Of a stretch of 64,000 bases of DNA, positions 9,530 to 18,889 are shown piece after piece. Within the stretch, counting starts at the first letter, position 1, and the number at the start of each line of letters is the position of its first letter. The notes under the pieces were generated by a model, which was not told the DNA's origin, did not search any database, and saw nothing but the letters and a program-made list of their open reading frames with translations. The DNA is from a virus. The stretch covers positions 32,001 to 96,000 of IMG/VR virus record IMGVR_UViG_3300010399_000001. One strand, 5' to 3'. The position numbers and the translations under genes are program-made.

Positions 9530-10546
9530 CTAGATCTTGTGTGCGGGAAGGAAACGTCGCGACCGGAAGGGAGTGACCTGATCGCCTTGGGCAGAGAACA
9601 GCGCCGCCGTGTCCAGCGCGGGGCGAAGGATCGTGTAATGATCCGCGACTTCCGGCAGGGCGGACCGTAGAGATACCTCATCCACGGGGCCTGTATTGCG
9701 CCAGGAGACCACGGGGCGGCTCTGCCATGTACCGATCACGGCATCGCCGAGTTCGGCCGCTACGCGGGCGCGCAGCTCCTCTCTGGCGGCACCGATCTCC
9801 CGCATCTGCCTGGTCATCTTCTTGTACTCCGCCAGAGCGGCATAGGCGTCAGCGGACAGCTCCACCGATGCGTTCGGATCGCCGTGCGGGTGCAGATGGT
9901 CGAGGATCGCGCTGTCCAGCGGATGCGATCCCAGAGGGGGAGGCGTCGCCGTCTCGACCAGAGACCAGAACTCAGCCTCGATCTTGGTCAGGTCATCGAT
10001 CAGGGCCTCGTCACGCTCCACGATGCGCATCTGCGGCTCCTGGCCCCAGATGCCGACCACCACGTAGGCGCGGCGCTTACCGGTAACGGACATGCCGTGC
10101 TGGACCTGAAGTTCGGCATGGTCGGAGACCTTGCCGTCCCCCCATTCCTCGGCGTTCCAAGGGCTGGTGGTCTTGAACTCCACCAGCGAGTCATCCTCGG
10201 CCAGACGGTCGGGGGTGTAAAGCTGCCAGGGCAGGTCGGGGTGGCCGAGCATGCCGCACCGATAGGCGGGAATACCGGTCTGCTCGGTGAACCAGTCCGC
10301 CAGGGGCTGCTCCAGGATGTGACCCCAGCGCATCTGCGGAGTCTCTTCGACCTGCGGAGCATCGGGGTGGCCGACCTTCTCCAGCCATACACCCATGGGG
10401 GAGCGCCACGGGCTGAGACCCGTGACTGCGAGAGCATCGGAGCCTCCGAGTCCCGAGCGGCGCAGCTCCAGCCACGCCGCTCGGTCAGTCTCGGGCTCAC
10501 TCAGGACGCGTACGCCCTGCGGTATGAGAGAGACGGGGTTCGGCAC
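9530..10546 (-). CDS. YqaJ-like viral recombinase exonuclease
   Basis: WLELRRSGLGGSD...SPWRSP..VWLEK...WGHILE...TPDR...EFKT...QVQH. Confidence 0.92.
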   Translation of the reverse strand: MPNPVSLIPQGVRVLSEPETDRAAWLELRRSGLGGSDALAVTGLSPWRSPMGVWLEKVGHPDAPQVEETPQMRWGHILEQPLADWFTEQTGIPAYRCGMLGHPDLPWQLYTPDRLAEDDSLVEFKTTSPWNAEEWGDGKVSDHAELQVQHGMSVTGKRRAYVVVGIWGQEPQMRIVERDEALIDDLTKIEAEFWSLVETATPPPLGSHPLDSAILDHLHPHGDPNASVELSADAYAALAEYKKMTRQMREIGAAREELRARVAAELGDAVIGTWQSRPVVSWRNTGPVDEVSLRSALPEVADHYTILRPALDTAALFSAQGDQVTPFRSRRFLPAHKI

Positions 10547-10554
10547 ACTACTCC

Positions 10555-10779
10555 TCAGTGCCTGGCTGCAAGCTCGACGCGCCTGCGGTGATTCTGTCGC
10601 AGGTCAATGCCGGTTGTCAGCCGGATGTCGCGGATGGTGTTCTGTCGCCATCGCCAGTCACTTGGAGTGTACGGCAGGGTACCGACGCGCCGATCTCCGA
10701 TCCAGAGTCCATAGTGCGTGCCGCCGTCGATGCGCGCGTCTATGCCAGCACCGCGCAGCACTCGTATGAACTGCTTCAC
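10555..10779 (-). CDS. HicA-like small protein
   Basis: GGTHYGL...TLPYTPSDWRWRQN motif; AGGAGG RBS. Confidence 0.6.
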   Translation of the reverse strand: MKQFIRVLRGAGIDARIDGGTHYGLWIGDRRVGTLPYTPSDWRWRQNTIRDIRLTTGIDLRQNHRRRVELAARH

Positions 10780-10835
10780 ATCGCTCCTCCTACTCGTGAG
10801 TACCACCTCCTCGGTAGGAGCATCGTAGCATATTG

Positions 10836-11357
10836 CTACTCGGTCTGCACGTTGGGCGTGCTCTTTGGGTTGTTGATGTCCACCCCCTCCCATGCCTCGG
10901 GTCCGAGCCAGCCGAGCTTGGCGGCGCGGGTCGCCGTCTGCGCGTCCGATCCCTTGCGGTCCTTGTGCTTGGCGTAGTACGCGTCGATCTCTTCGTCGCG
11001 GGCCTTGAGTATGTACCGCTTATGGCCGCGCCGCACGTCGCTCATGTACCCCTGCGTCGCCATCGGTATGTCTGCGGCTATGGTTCGCAGGCTGTAGCCC
11101 TGCACTGCGAGGGCCATCAGCTTCCGTCGCGCTCCGGCGGCGGATCGCAGTGCGCCGATCGGCGGCTTCTTGATGGCCAGGATCTTGTCCTGGGTCTCCC
11201 GCAGGATCAGGTCGCGATCACCGCGCTCGATGGCGCGCACGACGGTCGGAGCGACGCCGCACGCGTCCGAGATGGACGTGCTGTTCGCGCCCTGGGCGAT
11301 CAGGTCCTTGATGTGGGCTTGAGTCCTATCCGCCCGGACCGTCTTGGATCTAGCCAT
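10836..11357 (-). CDS. tandem HTH DNA-binding protein
   Basis: Two HTH-like segments; RRKLMALAVQGYSLRTIA. Confidence 0.65.
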   Translation of the reverse strand: MARSKTVRADRTQAHIKDLIAQGANSTSISDACGVAPTVVRAIERGDRDLILRETQDKILAIKKPPIGALRSAAGARRKLMALAVQGYSLRTIAADIPMATQGYMSDVRRGHKRYILKARDEEIDAYYAKHKDRKGSDAQTATRAAKLGWLGPEAWEGVDINNPKSTPNVQTE

Positions 11358-12099
11358 TGATCGCTCGCTTCGGCAGGCTCGCCTTGACGCGAGCGACGAC
11401 AGCGGCCAGTGCTTCGAGGGTCAGATGATGCCCTCCCGTTGTAACCATCCTGGCGAAGTCCTCTTCCGTGAAACGATGTCCGCTCTTGGAATGCGCGGGT
11501 TCACCCGTGAACGCGGTCATGTCCCGATCGAACCGGACCTCGCCGTTCGCGACAGTCCAGGTGCCCCACACCCTGCCCATGGTGATCGGGTACTCGTTAT
11601 AGTTCCCGTCATAGAGCATGCTCACCACCTGGCAGTGCAGATCGAGGAACGGGAAGGCCTGCGCTATCGCCTTCCAGTCCTCCGTGATCTCATCGCAGCT
11701 CGGCCACTTGCCGATGTTGTAGTCGGCGCAGCCGATCTTCCCGTTCCAGTCGCACCAGCCATGCGAGCCGCCTATGTAGGAGGTGGCGATGCGGCTGTTG
11801 TCCAGGTAGTGAAGGCGCAGCATGCCCAGCTCATCCATGGACCGATCCTGCCGGTCGAACAGGGAGGAGAGGTAGCCCCTCTCGTCTCGCCGCCCATCGT
11901 CTAGCTCGACGAACGGGTCGAATATCCCCAGAATCTCGCGGGCGGCCTTCTCCCACTCCTGATCGTTGCAGTGCAGGTAGCCGCCGTTGGTTCGGATGAT
12001 GATCTGCTCGGCCTGGTCCCTGGTCACATCCTTGCCATCGACCACGAGGCGTGGCCACTTGTCGTCGTAGTGATCCGGGCGAGCGGGTAATCCGCTCAT
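11350..12099 (-). CDS. hypothetical phage protein
   Basis: Long ORF, GAGG RBS. Confidence 0.7.
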   Translation of the reverse strand: MSGLPARPDHYDDKWPRLVVDGKDVTRDQAEQIIIRTNGGYLHCNDQEWEKAAREILGIFDPFVELDDGRRDERGYLSSLFDRQDRSMDELGMLRLHYLDNSRIATSYIGGSHGWCDWNGKIGCADYNIGKWPSCDEITEDWKAIAQAFPFLDLHCQVVSMLYDGNYNEYPITMGRVWGTWTVANGEVRFDRDMTAFTGEPAHSKSGHRFTEEDFARMVTTGGHHLTLEALAAVVARVKASLPKRAING

Positions 12100-12572
12100 C
12101 AGTCCCCCTCCTTCCGGTACGGCCAGTGCGGATCATCGGTGAACAGCACCGAGCCGTACGTTTCGTTACCCCAGATGGTGACGTGCTGCGAGCCGCACCG
12201 GCAGTCGATGATCGAGCCGGTAATGCCGACCACATCATCCTCGCTGGTGATGTGACCCACGCAGTCATTGCGCATATCCCTGTCGTCGCATGGCGTCAGC
12301 TTGAAGCCGCCTTCACGCAGGGTCCGCAGAGCCGCCTTCACCGTCTCCAGCGCGTCCAGGAGGGTCGGCTTCGGCTTCATGGCATAGGTTCGCGCCTGCT
12401 CTAGAGTCAGCCCCGTGATGCACGGACCGCCAGCCTCGTGCCGGATGCGGTAGGTGCCGTAGTCCGGGTGTGAAGGATTGCGCACGCGGCTCTTGTGCAG
12501 GATGTAACCCCTACTGCGCACGAGGCGTCGGATTCGGGCCTCGTGCGCAGTAGGGGAGACGGTCTCAGCCAC
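12099..12572 (-). CDS. hypothetical protein
   Basis: Coupled ORF. Confidence 0.55.
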   Translation of the reverse strand: MAETVSPTAHEARIRRLVRSRGYILHKSRVRNPSHPDYGTYRIRHEAGGPCITGLTLEQARTYAMKPKPTLLDALETVKAALRTLREGGFKLTPCDDRDMRNDCVGHITSEDDVVGITGSIIDCRCGSQHVTIWGNETYGSVLFTDDPHWPYRKEGD

Positions 12573-12924
12573 CGATCGCCTCGCGGATGTTGCTCAGGTC
12601 GGTGAGCAGCTCGTCTCTGACGCGATCGACAAGGCCCACCGTGTCCGCCCCCTTGCGGGCCAGCAGCAGCGCCTTGCCGTAGTAGCGCTGGGTTGCTACA
12701 CCCATCGCCACCGCGAGCGCTGTGGCCACCCGATTGACCTGCGGCTCGTCGGTGTTCAGACCCTCGTCATCGATCCACATATCCAGCTCGTCGTCGAGCT
12801 GAACGCAGTCCAGCAGGCTGCATTCCAGGTAGCCGCGCATAGAGGCGAGCTTGTTGGCCTCCTCTACCTCGACGGTGCTGACCGCATCGAAGTCGAGTGT
12901 CGGATTGATCAGGATGCCCTGCAT
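12565..12924 (-). CDS. DUF3846-like protein
   Basis: DMWIDDEGL...VNRVAT...YYGKALL. Confidence 0.7.
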   Translation of the reverse strand: MQGILINPTLDFDAVSTVEVEEANKLASMRGYLECSLLDCVQLDDELDMWIDDEGLNTDEPQVNRVATALAVAMGVATQRYYGKALLLARKGADTVGLVDRVRDELLTDLSNIREAIGG

Positions 12925-12935
12925 GGTTCCTCCAT

Positions 12936-13925
12936 CTAGATGTGTACGTCCACGGCGATGAGGATTGCATCGCCGGGTAGGTTCTCCAGGTACTCGTTGA
13001 CGAACCTGCGGAAAGTCTCGCGACTGTCCTCGGTGTCGCTAGACATGCCCCACCAGCCCATCTTTCCCGCCTCGCGCCAGACGCCATCGGTACCCAGAAG
13101 CGCGAAGCCGGGGACCGCCCCGGTCCTCGCGATGCGCTCATGCTCGTATCGACTGGCGCTGAAGGTGTCCAGCGGGCACTCCAGCCCGTAGTACAACTTG
13201 CGCTCCCTCAGCTCGGCCAGTAGCGGCTGCTCACGGTAGGCCTTGCGCGCCGTATCGATATCCAGCTCGTTGGAGTCGATCATCTTGCGGAAGTGCGACC
13301 AGGGCTTGCTATCCGGGAACTCCCTGGCGACGGCATGGAACTGGTCATACTCCGCAAGCCTCTCGGCGGCTACCCGATCGCGCTGCGCCTCGAAGTCCAG
13401 CAGGCGCCTCGGCCCACCGTCGCAGCGGTAGGGATCGGAGTTCGCCTCGGTCATCAGGCCTGGCGAGCCGTAGATCAGCTCACCGGAGCCCAGTGCGGAC
13501 GGGATGCAGTTGAAGTATCCAGTCCACCGGCCGCCGATGCTCCACCAGTCCCACCGCGCCCCGGCGATGATCCCGCTACCGTCCTCGCTGGGCACGTCAC
13601 GCGGGTAGGTGCTCCAGGTGAAGGCGCGAAGCCCATCCCCAGTCACTTGCAGCCCCTCCTCCGGGTCGTCCTTGCAGTACTCCGAGTTGTACGCCGCCGC
13701 CACCTCGTGCCAGGTCAGCGTGCCGCCACGCAGCTTCCCCGCCTCGCGCAGTTCCTTCACGCACCAGTGGCTGTCCGCAGTCCCGCCCTCGTACTCCTCG
13801 TACTGCTCATCCCGCTTGTTCTCGTCGAACGGCGCGAGCGCCTCGGTGAGACGATCCTCGACGGGAGTGTCGTCATCCTCGTCGGTGACGGGTGGCAGGC
13901 AGACGATGGTCACTGAATGGGACAT
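12936..13925 (-). CDS. hypothetical phage protein
   Basis: LAPFDEN, ARWDWWSIGGRW, GKMGWWG, terminal VDVHI motifs. Confidence 0.75.
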   Translation of the reverse strand: MSHSVTIVCLPPVTDEDDDTPVEDRLTEALAPFDENKRDEQYEEYEGGTADSHWCVKELREAGKLRGGTLTWHEVAAAYNSEYCKDDPEEGLQVTGDGLRAFTWSTYPRDVPSEDGSGIIAGARWDWWSIGGRWTGYFNCIPSALGSGELIYGSPGLMTEANSDPYRCDGGPRRLLDFEAQRDRVAAERLAEYDQFHAVAREFPDSKPWSHFRKMIDSNELDIDTARKAYREQPLLAELRERKLYYGLECPLDTFSASRYEHERIARTGAVPGFALLGTDGVWREAGKMGWWGMSSDTEDSRETFRRFVNEYLENLPGDAILIAVDVHI

Positions 13926-13939
13926 GCGGACTCCATTTG

Positions 13940-14242
13940 CTACGTGGCGGGATCACCCGCCTTCAGATAAGGGGTGCCGAGAATCGGCAGTAGCTTGTCC
14001 AGGGATTCACGCAGACCGTCCATCCGTCCGCTCACATTGAGCGCGAGGAGCTGGCCCGTGGTCCTGGTGGGGTTGGCCCTGTTCTGTTCACAGAGCCACA
14101 GATAGTTGACCTTGAGGCGGTTGAATTCCTCGATCAGGTCCCACAGGGTCCTGGCGGTCAGATCTTCGAAGACATCGAAGACGTAGGTCTGGTCGTTGTA
14201 CTCGCTCTCGACCTTGCCGTCCGTAGCAAGCTTGGCGTCCAT
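13940..14242 (-). CDS. hypothetical protein
   Basis: ORF after promoter motif at 14274. Confidence 0.6.
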   Translation of the reverse strand: MDAKLATDGKVESEYNDQTYVFDVFEDLTARTLWDLIEEFNRLKVNYLWLCEQNRANPTRTTGQLLALNVSGRMDGLRESLDKLLPILGTPYLKAGDPAT

Positions 14243-14324
14243 GGCTCCCTCTCTCGCGCGCTCGCGCTATTGAGAGCAGCGTAGCATATGCCAAGCGCTT
14301 GACACACGCGAGAGAGGGTCGCCA

Positions 14325-14972
14325 CTAACGACCGCTTCTTGCCGCTTCCATCACCTCGGTCCACAGTCCGAGATCCAGATCATGCTTACCGCCATCCAGG
14401 TCCTTCATGTCGTCATCGGTGAGGTGGGGAAGCTCATCGAAGTCCCAGAAGGCGATCAGCCGAACTGGGTAGTAGCGATCTTCCTCCTCACTTACGTTGC
14501 TCTCCTCTCCGCCGAGGAAGGCGAAGCGACCTGCTGCATGGGGGGTTTTCTGAAAGCCCTTATAGACCTCCAGGATGCGCGCATCGAAGTCGACCAGGTA
14601 TCCCCACTCGCAGAACAGCGAGTCGATCGGGAAGGTGCTGGCGTCCTCGTAGAGACCTGCATCCAGCATCGCCTGCGGATCGCCCTGGGTGTGGCGCAGC
14701 AGTTGGTACCAGCTGATGCGCCCGGTCGGAGTGGGACCTCCGACGCCGGGATCGAGATACTCGTGCAGACACCGAAGCTCCTCGTCGGTCGGTGGGGTCT
14801 CGTCGTCTACGGCGCGCAGGGCTGCCGCCGCGACCTTTGCCTGCGCAAGATCCGCAGTGCGCAGCCATCCCAGTACGTTGCAACCAAGAAAGCTCGGATA
14901 CGAATCGTAGTGGTTGTATGCGATGGAGGTCTTGCCATCGGCCGTGAAGCCTAGGAAACCGCGAGTACCCAT
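14325..14972 (-). CDS. hypothetical phage protein
   Basis: MGTRG...YNHYDSYPSFLG...DSLFCEWGYLVDFD...LEVY. Confidence 0.75.
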   Translation of the reverse strand: MGTRGFLGFTADGKTSIAYNHYDSYPSFLGCNVLGWLRTADLAQAKVAAAALRAVDDETPPTDEELRCLHEYLDPGVGGPTPTGRISWYQLLRHTQGDPQAMLDAGLYEDASTFPIDSLFCEWGYLVDFDARILEVYKGFQKTPHAAGRFAFLGGEESNVSEEEDRYYPVRLIAFWDFDELPHLTDDDMKDLDGGKHDLDLGLWTEVMEAARSGR

Positions 14973-15000
14973 ATCAGTCCTCACTCTGGGAGATGTTGCG

Positions 15001-15132
15001 CGGGCTGGGCAGGACTCGAACCTGCCTAGGCGGGCCGTCGCCCTATTTGGCCACCCTGGTAGTGGGGAATCGAACCCCTCCTGCTCGCCGAGAGCACGCC
15101 GGAATCGAACCGGCTACCTTTCCATTCAGCCC
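15001..15132 (-). ncRNA. tRNA-like structured RNA with three T-loop hairpins
   Basis: Ends GGGCTG/CAGCCC; hairpins CCGG-TTCGATT-CCGG, GGGG-TTCGATT-CCCC, GCAGG-TTCGAGT-CCTGC. Confidence 0.7.
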
Positions 15133-15135
15133 TAG

Positions 15136-15227
15136 AGCCCATGGCAGGATTCGAACCTGCGATGAGGGGTCATGACTTCCCTCTCGGCACCGGGGACCCG
15201 ATGCCCGACCGCCTGCGGTCCATGGGC
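15136..15227 (-). ncRNA. aberrant tRNA-like RNA (no canonical anticodon loop)
   Basis: Acceptor GCCCATG/CATGGGC, T arm GCAGG-TTCGAAT-CCTGC, three non-canonical internal hairpins. Confidence 0.7.
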
Positions 15228-15254
15228 GTGAATGCGCGCTGTTTCTGCACACCG

Positions 15255-15327
15255 CGCTCCTGGCGGGATTTGAACCCGCGGCCACCGCCGTGACAGGGCG
15301 GCGCTCTGACCTCTGAGCTACAGGAGC
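15255..15327 (-). tRNA. tRNA-Asp(GTC), CCA not encoded
   Basis: GCTCCTG acceptor, D arm, CCGCC-CTGTCAC-GGCGG, GCGGG-TTCAAAT-CCCGC, G73. Confidence 0.92.
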
Positions 15328-15339
15328 AAACCTTTGGGG

Positions 15340-15543
15340 CTACTCGCCATTCATGATGCGCTCGATCTTGGCGGTATCCTCGACGCTCACCCAGTCATCG
15401 CCGAACTTCACGTACATCAGCTTGCCCCTGATGCGGTGCTCGTGATCTCTCGCCGCCTCCTCGATGAACGCACGGGCATCATGACCGGTCCTGCGCTTGC
15501 CCGGCGTGGTCGCGTTGGGCGTCGATTTGTTCTTTCCGAACAT
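15340..15543 (-). CDS. hypothetical protein
   Basis: GGAGG RBS. Confidence 0.55.
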   Translation of the reverse strand: MFGKNKSTPNATTPGKRRTGHDARAFIEEAARDHEHRIRGKLMYVKFGDDWVSVEDTAKIERIMNGE

Positions 15544-15546
15544 AGT

Positions 15547-15930
15547 TCACCTCCTGCCAGCGTTGCATGGCACTTCCAAATGGTCGGTCAGATCCCACGC
15601 ATGGGTCCGATCACCCTCACGGGCCATCGGGTCGCGCTCACACGCCTCGATGACTTTGTGATAGCGCGTCATAGCCTCGACGCGCGAGTCGAATGCAACG
15701 ATGATCGTCTCGTGCTTGCCAGCCCCGAGGGCGACCAGGGCGTAGCCGGGACCGAAGCCCGAGTCGAAGAACGGATGAACCCGCAGATCCGCATAGACGT
15801 GGCCGCTGGCCTGGTCGAATGTGACGCTGCGGGCTATCGGTGAGGTCCTGCCGACCGACAGCATGATCCACTGCCTCTCGACTCCATCGATATCCGGGGG
15901 CACGTTGGGGTGCGATATCAAGCGCTCCAT
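15547..15930 (-). CDS. hypothetical protein
   Basis: AAGGAG RBS after promoter motif at 15968. Confidence 0.55.
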   Translation of the reverse strand: MERLISHPNVPPDIDGVERQWIMLSVGRTSPIARSVTFDQASGHVYADLRVHPFFDSGFGPGYALVALGAGKHETIIVAFDSRVEAMTRYHKVIEACERDPMAREGDRTHAWDLTDHLEVPCNAGRR

Positions 15931-15998
15931 GTCAAGCTCCTTGCATCTGCGAGGCTTTCCTGCATGTGAGCATCGTAGCACATGCGCGCGAGAGAGCG

Positions 15999-16373
15999 CT
16001 ACTCCCAGAGCGCTTTGTATGAGCCCTCGGATGTAAGGAGCCTGAAACCCTTGCCGTGGATACGGGCAGGTATGGCTCGTGAGTCCTGACCTGAATAAAG
16101 AAGGTAACCGTCCTGGTATGCCTGACTCCTGTTGGATTCCAGAGCGCCATGGCAGCCGGTGGTACCGCTGCCGCATACCAGCATCAGGTTGGAGGGATCA
16201 TTGATCATAGGATCGGACGTGCCGCCCATCCTTCGCGGCTTGCGATGGTGGACGGAGACCATACCGATGTTCACGTCCTTGCCGCATATCTCGCAGCACC
16301 CCATCGCGCGTCCCCATACAGACGAGCGCACCACCTGACTCGGCCCTGTGGGTGCCTTGCGACGCCTCAGCAT
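15999..16373 (-). CDS. HNH endonuclease
   Basis: CEICG...HHRKPRRMGG...NLMLVCGSGTTGCHG. Confidence 0.85.
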   Translation of the reverse strand: MLRRRKAPTGPSQVVRSSVWGRAMGCCEICGKDVNIGMVSVHHRKPRRMGGTSDPMINDPSNLMLVCGSGTTGCHGALESNRSQAYQDGYLLYSGQDSRAIPARIHGKGFRLLTSEGSYKALWE

Positions 16374-16651
16374 GCGGTCACCGCGCGAGTGCCGCCCTTG
16401 CGCTCGCTACCGCGCCATATGTGACCGCCAGCTATCCCCTCGAAAGCGCGGTCGGCCTTGGCCCAGGCGTAGCACTCCCTGCGCACTTCGCAACGCGAAC
16501 ACATCTCGCGCGCCTGGACGTACATCGAATCGGTCTTACAACTCGGTACATCGAACATCTCCGGATAGGCGATGCCCGCGCACGCCGCTCTCTCGCGCCA
16601 GTAGGTTCCGGTCATTACTGTCGCAACCTGGTCGCGGGATAGCGCGTGCAT
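16367..16651 (-). CDS. WhiB-family transcription factor
   Basis: WRERAAC...MFD...AREMCSRCEVRREC...GIAGG. Confidence 0.8.
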   Translation of the reverse strand: MHALSRDQVATVMTGTYWRERAACAGIAYPEMFDVPSCKTDSMYVQAREMCSRCEVRRECYAWAKADRAFEGIAGGHIWRGSERKGGTRAVTAC

Positions 16652-16659
16652 GAGTTCTC

Positions 16660-16932
16660 CTAGGCCGTGTACCGCATCTGCCTCTTCGCGCCGCGCACCG
16701 CCTCGCGAGCGGCTGCGGCCATCTGAGAGCGGAAGTACGGATCGGCCACGGAGCCATGCGGCGGGGGCGGGCGGCTATCGCGTGGCAGCGGTACCCGCCA
16801 ACCCTCCGCGCGCATGGCATCGATGATGATGGTCGCCCGTCGACCCGGTTCGTCCACTCCCCATAGATCGTAGACTTCTTCGAGGTGACGAGCTAGAGCG
16901 CCCCATGCGGCCTCTACCTCGGGAGCGCTCAC
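16660..16932 (-). CDS. hypothetical protein
   Basis: GTGA coupling. Confidence 0.55.
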   Translation of the reverse strand: MSAPEVEAAWGALARHLEEVYDLWGVDEPGRRATIIIDAMRAEGWRVPLPRDSRPPPPHGSVADPYFRSQMAAAAREAVRGAKRQMRYTA

Positions 16933-17324
16933 ACCATTTCCAGCCCAGCGGACTTCAGTGCGGCCTGATACAGCTGGCCGTATTCGTCGCGGTGGCGCTC
17001 ACGCAGCTCGGCGAGGGCGCGATACTGGGCAGCGGAGCGAGCGGATCGCCGCTCGCGCACTTGATCATCGGTGGCGTACATCGCCACCCGATCGGCTTCC
17101 TTCGCCCGCGTCTTTACGGTGGAGGTAGCCTTCCGGCGGTTGCGCTGGTGCTCCTGCTGGCAGGGGATGCACCACGAGTGACGGCGAACCTGGCCGGTCT
17201 TGCGGTCCTGAATGGTCCTGAACATCTTGAGCGGCTTAGGGTCGCCGCACTTGGTGCACTTCTTCTTCGCGCCCTTACTCTGACTATCAGTCAGATCCTG
17301 GGTGCGATCCAACACTTCGGTCAT
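16929..17324 (-). CDS. Zn-finger protein
   Basis: KKCTKCG..KPL..F...SWCIPC. Confidence 0.65.
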   Translation of the reverse strand: MTEVLDRTQDLTDSQSKGAKKKCTKCGDPKPLKMFRTIQDRKTGQVRRHSWCIPCQQEHQRNRRKATSTVKTRAKEADRVAMYATDDQVRERRSARSAAQYRALAELRERHRDEYGQLYQAALKSAGLEMV

Positions 17325-17401
17325 ACGGCCTCCTCGGCGGTAGGTAGCCCCTCCGAGTAATGTAGCTCATTATGATCTAAGTCCGATATCTACCTTTCGA
17401 T

Positions 17402-18787
17402 CTAGCTCTCTCGGCATACCCGGCAGACCCCACTGGCGGGACCGATGCCGTCTACGAACGGAGCCTCGCACTCCCGGCAGAGAGCGCGAGCCCTAGGAGC
17501 CACGCTGAGGGGCTGGCAGCGCTGCCCCTCGCTATGCCCCGCAATCGCTGCCTTGAAGCGCTCAGCATCGCTCTGAGCCGCTCTCTTGGCAGCAGCGCGG
17601 GCGAGCCTGCGCTCTCGGCAAGCGGTGCAGGATTCGCCGGGGCATCGGCGGGTGTAATCCCACTGGAGCCCGTCTTCGCAGCCCAGGTCTGCGCACCCAT
17701 CAGGGCGGCGAAGGGCGAAGCGCAGGAATCTTGCCAGGCCATCAGCTCCGGGCTTGCGGTACAGCTCTCCGCACTCCAGGCGCAGCACCGCATTGGAGAC
17801 CCGGTAGACCAGGCGTTCCACCGGGGTACCCCGATCGATCTCGCGAGCTATCCAACCGTTCGCGCAGCGCCCCATACCCGCAGCCGCGACCTGCTCCCCG
17901 ATGTTGGCCCCGAATGCGCGGCGAACAGAGGCGACATCCTTGCGATCGATCGATGGCATTGCCCGTTCGCCTCGCGCACGCGTCCGAGAAAGCGCACCTG
18001 CGGTGCGAACGGGACCATCGCATCCATCCTTAGAACGAGAGAGATCATCAGAAGGTGAGATAGAGCTATCTAGGGTGTTGTCTAAGGCTCGTGCACCAGC
18101 TTGCGGCATCTGCGTCTCCACCTGCGCGTTTGCGGGATTATGCTGCGGAATCGAGCTACTAAAAGCGTGGCTAGAAATGTTCTGAGCCCTCATCAGGGCG
18201 GCAAGATCCGAGGCGATCCATCCGCGCTGAGTCATCGATGCCAGGCTCTTGGCGACGGTCGCGGCAGACACGGAGCGACCAGAGCAAGTGCGGGTGAGTG
18301 CCGCCATCGCCTCGCAGTCCAGGGCTGGGGCGCCCGCCAGCTCGCGATGCAGGCCGATGGCCAGAAGAAGATACTCGCGAGGGGTCAGGGCTGGGGCGTC
18401 GTCCGCTCCACCGAGCGGACCGAACGGCAGCGGGCACCAGCGCTCGGTGGAGGCGACGCGCACACCGTCATCGCTGATCTCTACGTAGGGGGAAGCCAGT
18501 GCCGCACGCACCAGGGGAACGGATACCTTCAGCTGCCTTGCGATCTCAGTCGGTGGCAGCGAGCACCAATCACGAATCCACTTGCCGCCGCTGCGGACGA
18601 TGGAGCGCTGACCGATGAGGGCGAAGACCATCAGAGCGCCCTCGGGAAGATCCCGGTCGTAGATCGCAGCGGTCGGAGCCTTCACGAACCGATGCGACTG
18701 GTAGGCGTCCTGACGGTAGCCGCACTTGGAGTACCGGGTCCTGCGGTCACGCAGGATGGACACCCTCCGTGGTCGACTCGCGGCCAC
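17402..18787 (-). CDS. putative replication initiator (HTH-containing)
   Basis: Two HTH-like segments, low-complexity AT-richer linker, C-terminal Cys clusters; position typical of actinophage rep genes; start uncertain. Confidence 0.55.
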   Translation of the reverse strand: MAASRPRRVSILRDRRTRYSKCGYRQDAYQSHRFVKAPTAAIYDRDLPEGALMVFALIGQRSIVRSGGKWIRDWCSLPPTEIARQLKVSVPLVRAALASPYVEISDDGVRVASTERWCPLPFGPLGGADDAPALTPREYLLLAIGLHRELAGAPALDCEAMAALTRTCSGRSVSAATVAKSLASMTQRGWIASDLAALMRAQNISSHAFSSSIPQHNPANAQVETQMPQAGARALDNTLDSSISPSDDLSRSKDGCDGPVRTAGALSRTRARGERAMPSIDRKDVASVRRAFGANIGEQVAAAGMGRCANGWIAREIDRGTPVERLVYRVSNAVLRLECGELYRKPGADGLARFLRFALRRPDGCADLGCEDGLQWDYTRRCPGESCTACRERRLARAAAKRAAQSDAERFKAAIAGHSEGQRCQPLSVAPRARALCRECEAPFVDGIGPASGVCRVCRES

Positions 18788-18889
18788 GGGAATGGATAGT
18801 ACGGCGGGGACTGGAGGTGGAAAGGGTCTGCATGCTAACCTCCGATTACACGTTTGGTTGCGCTCTCCGTTGGGCTCGGACAGTGCGCG

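Noticed and set aside
15001-15132. tmRNA (5' GGGCTGA... plus terminal T arm)
   Set aside because: Far too short, no tag ORF, no G3:U70 pair or CCA
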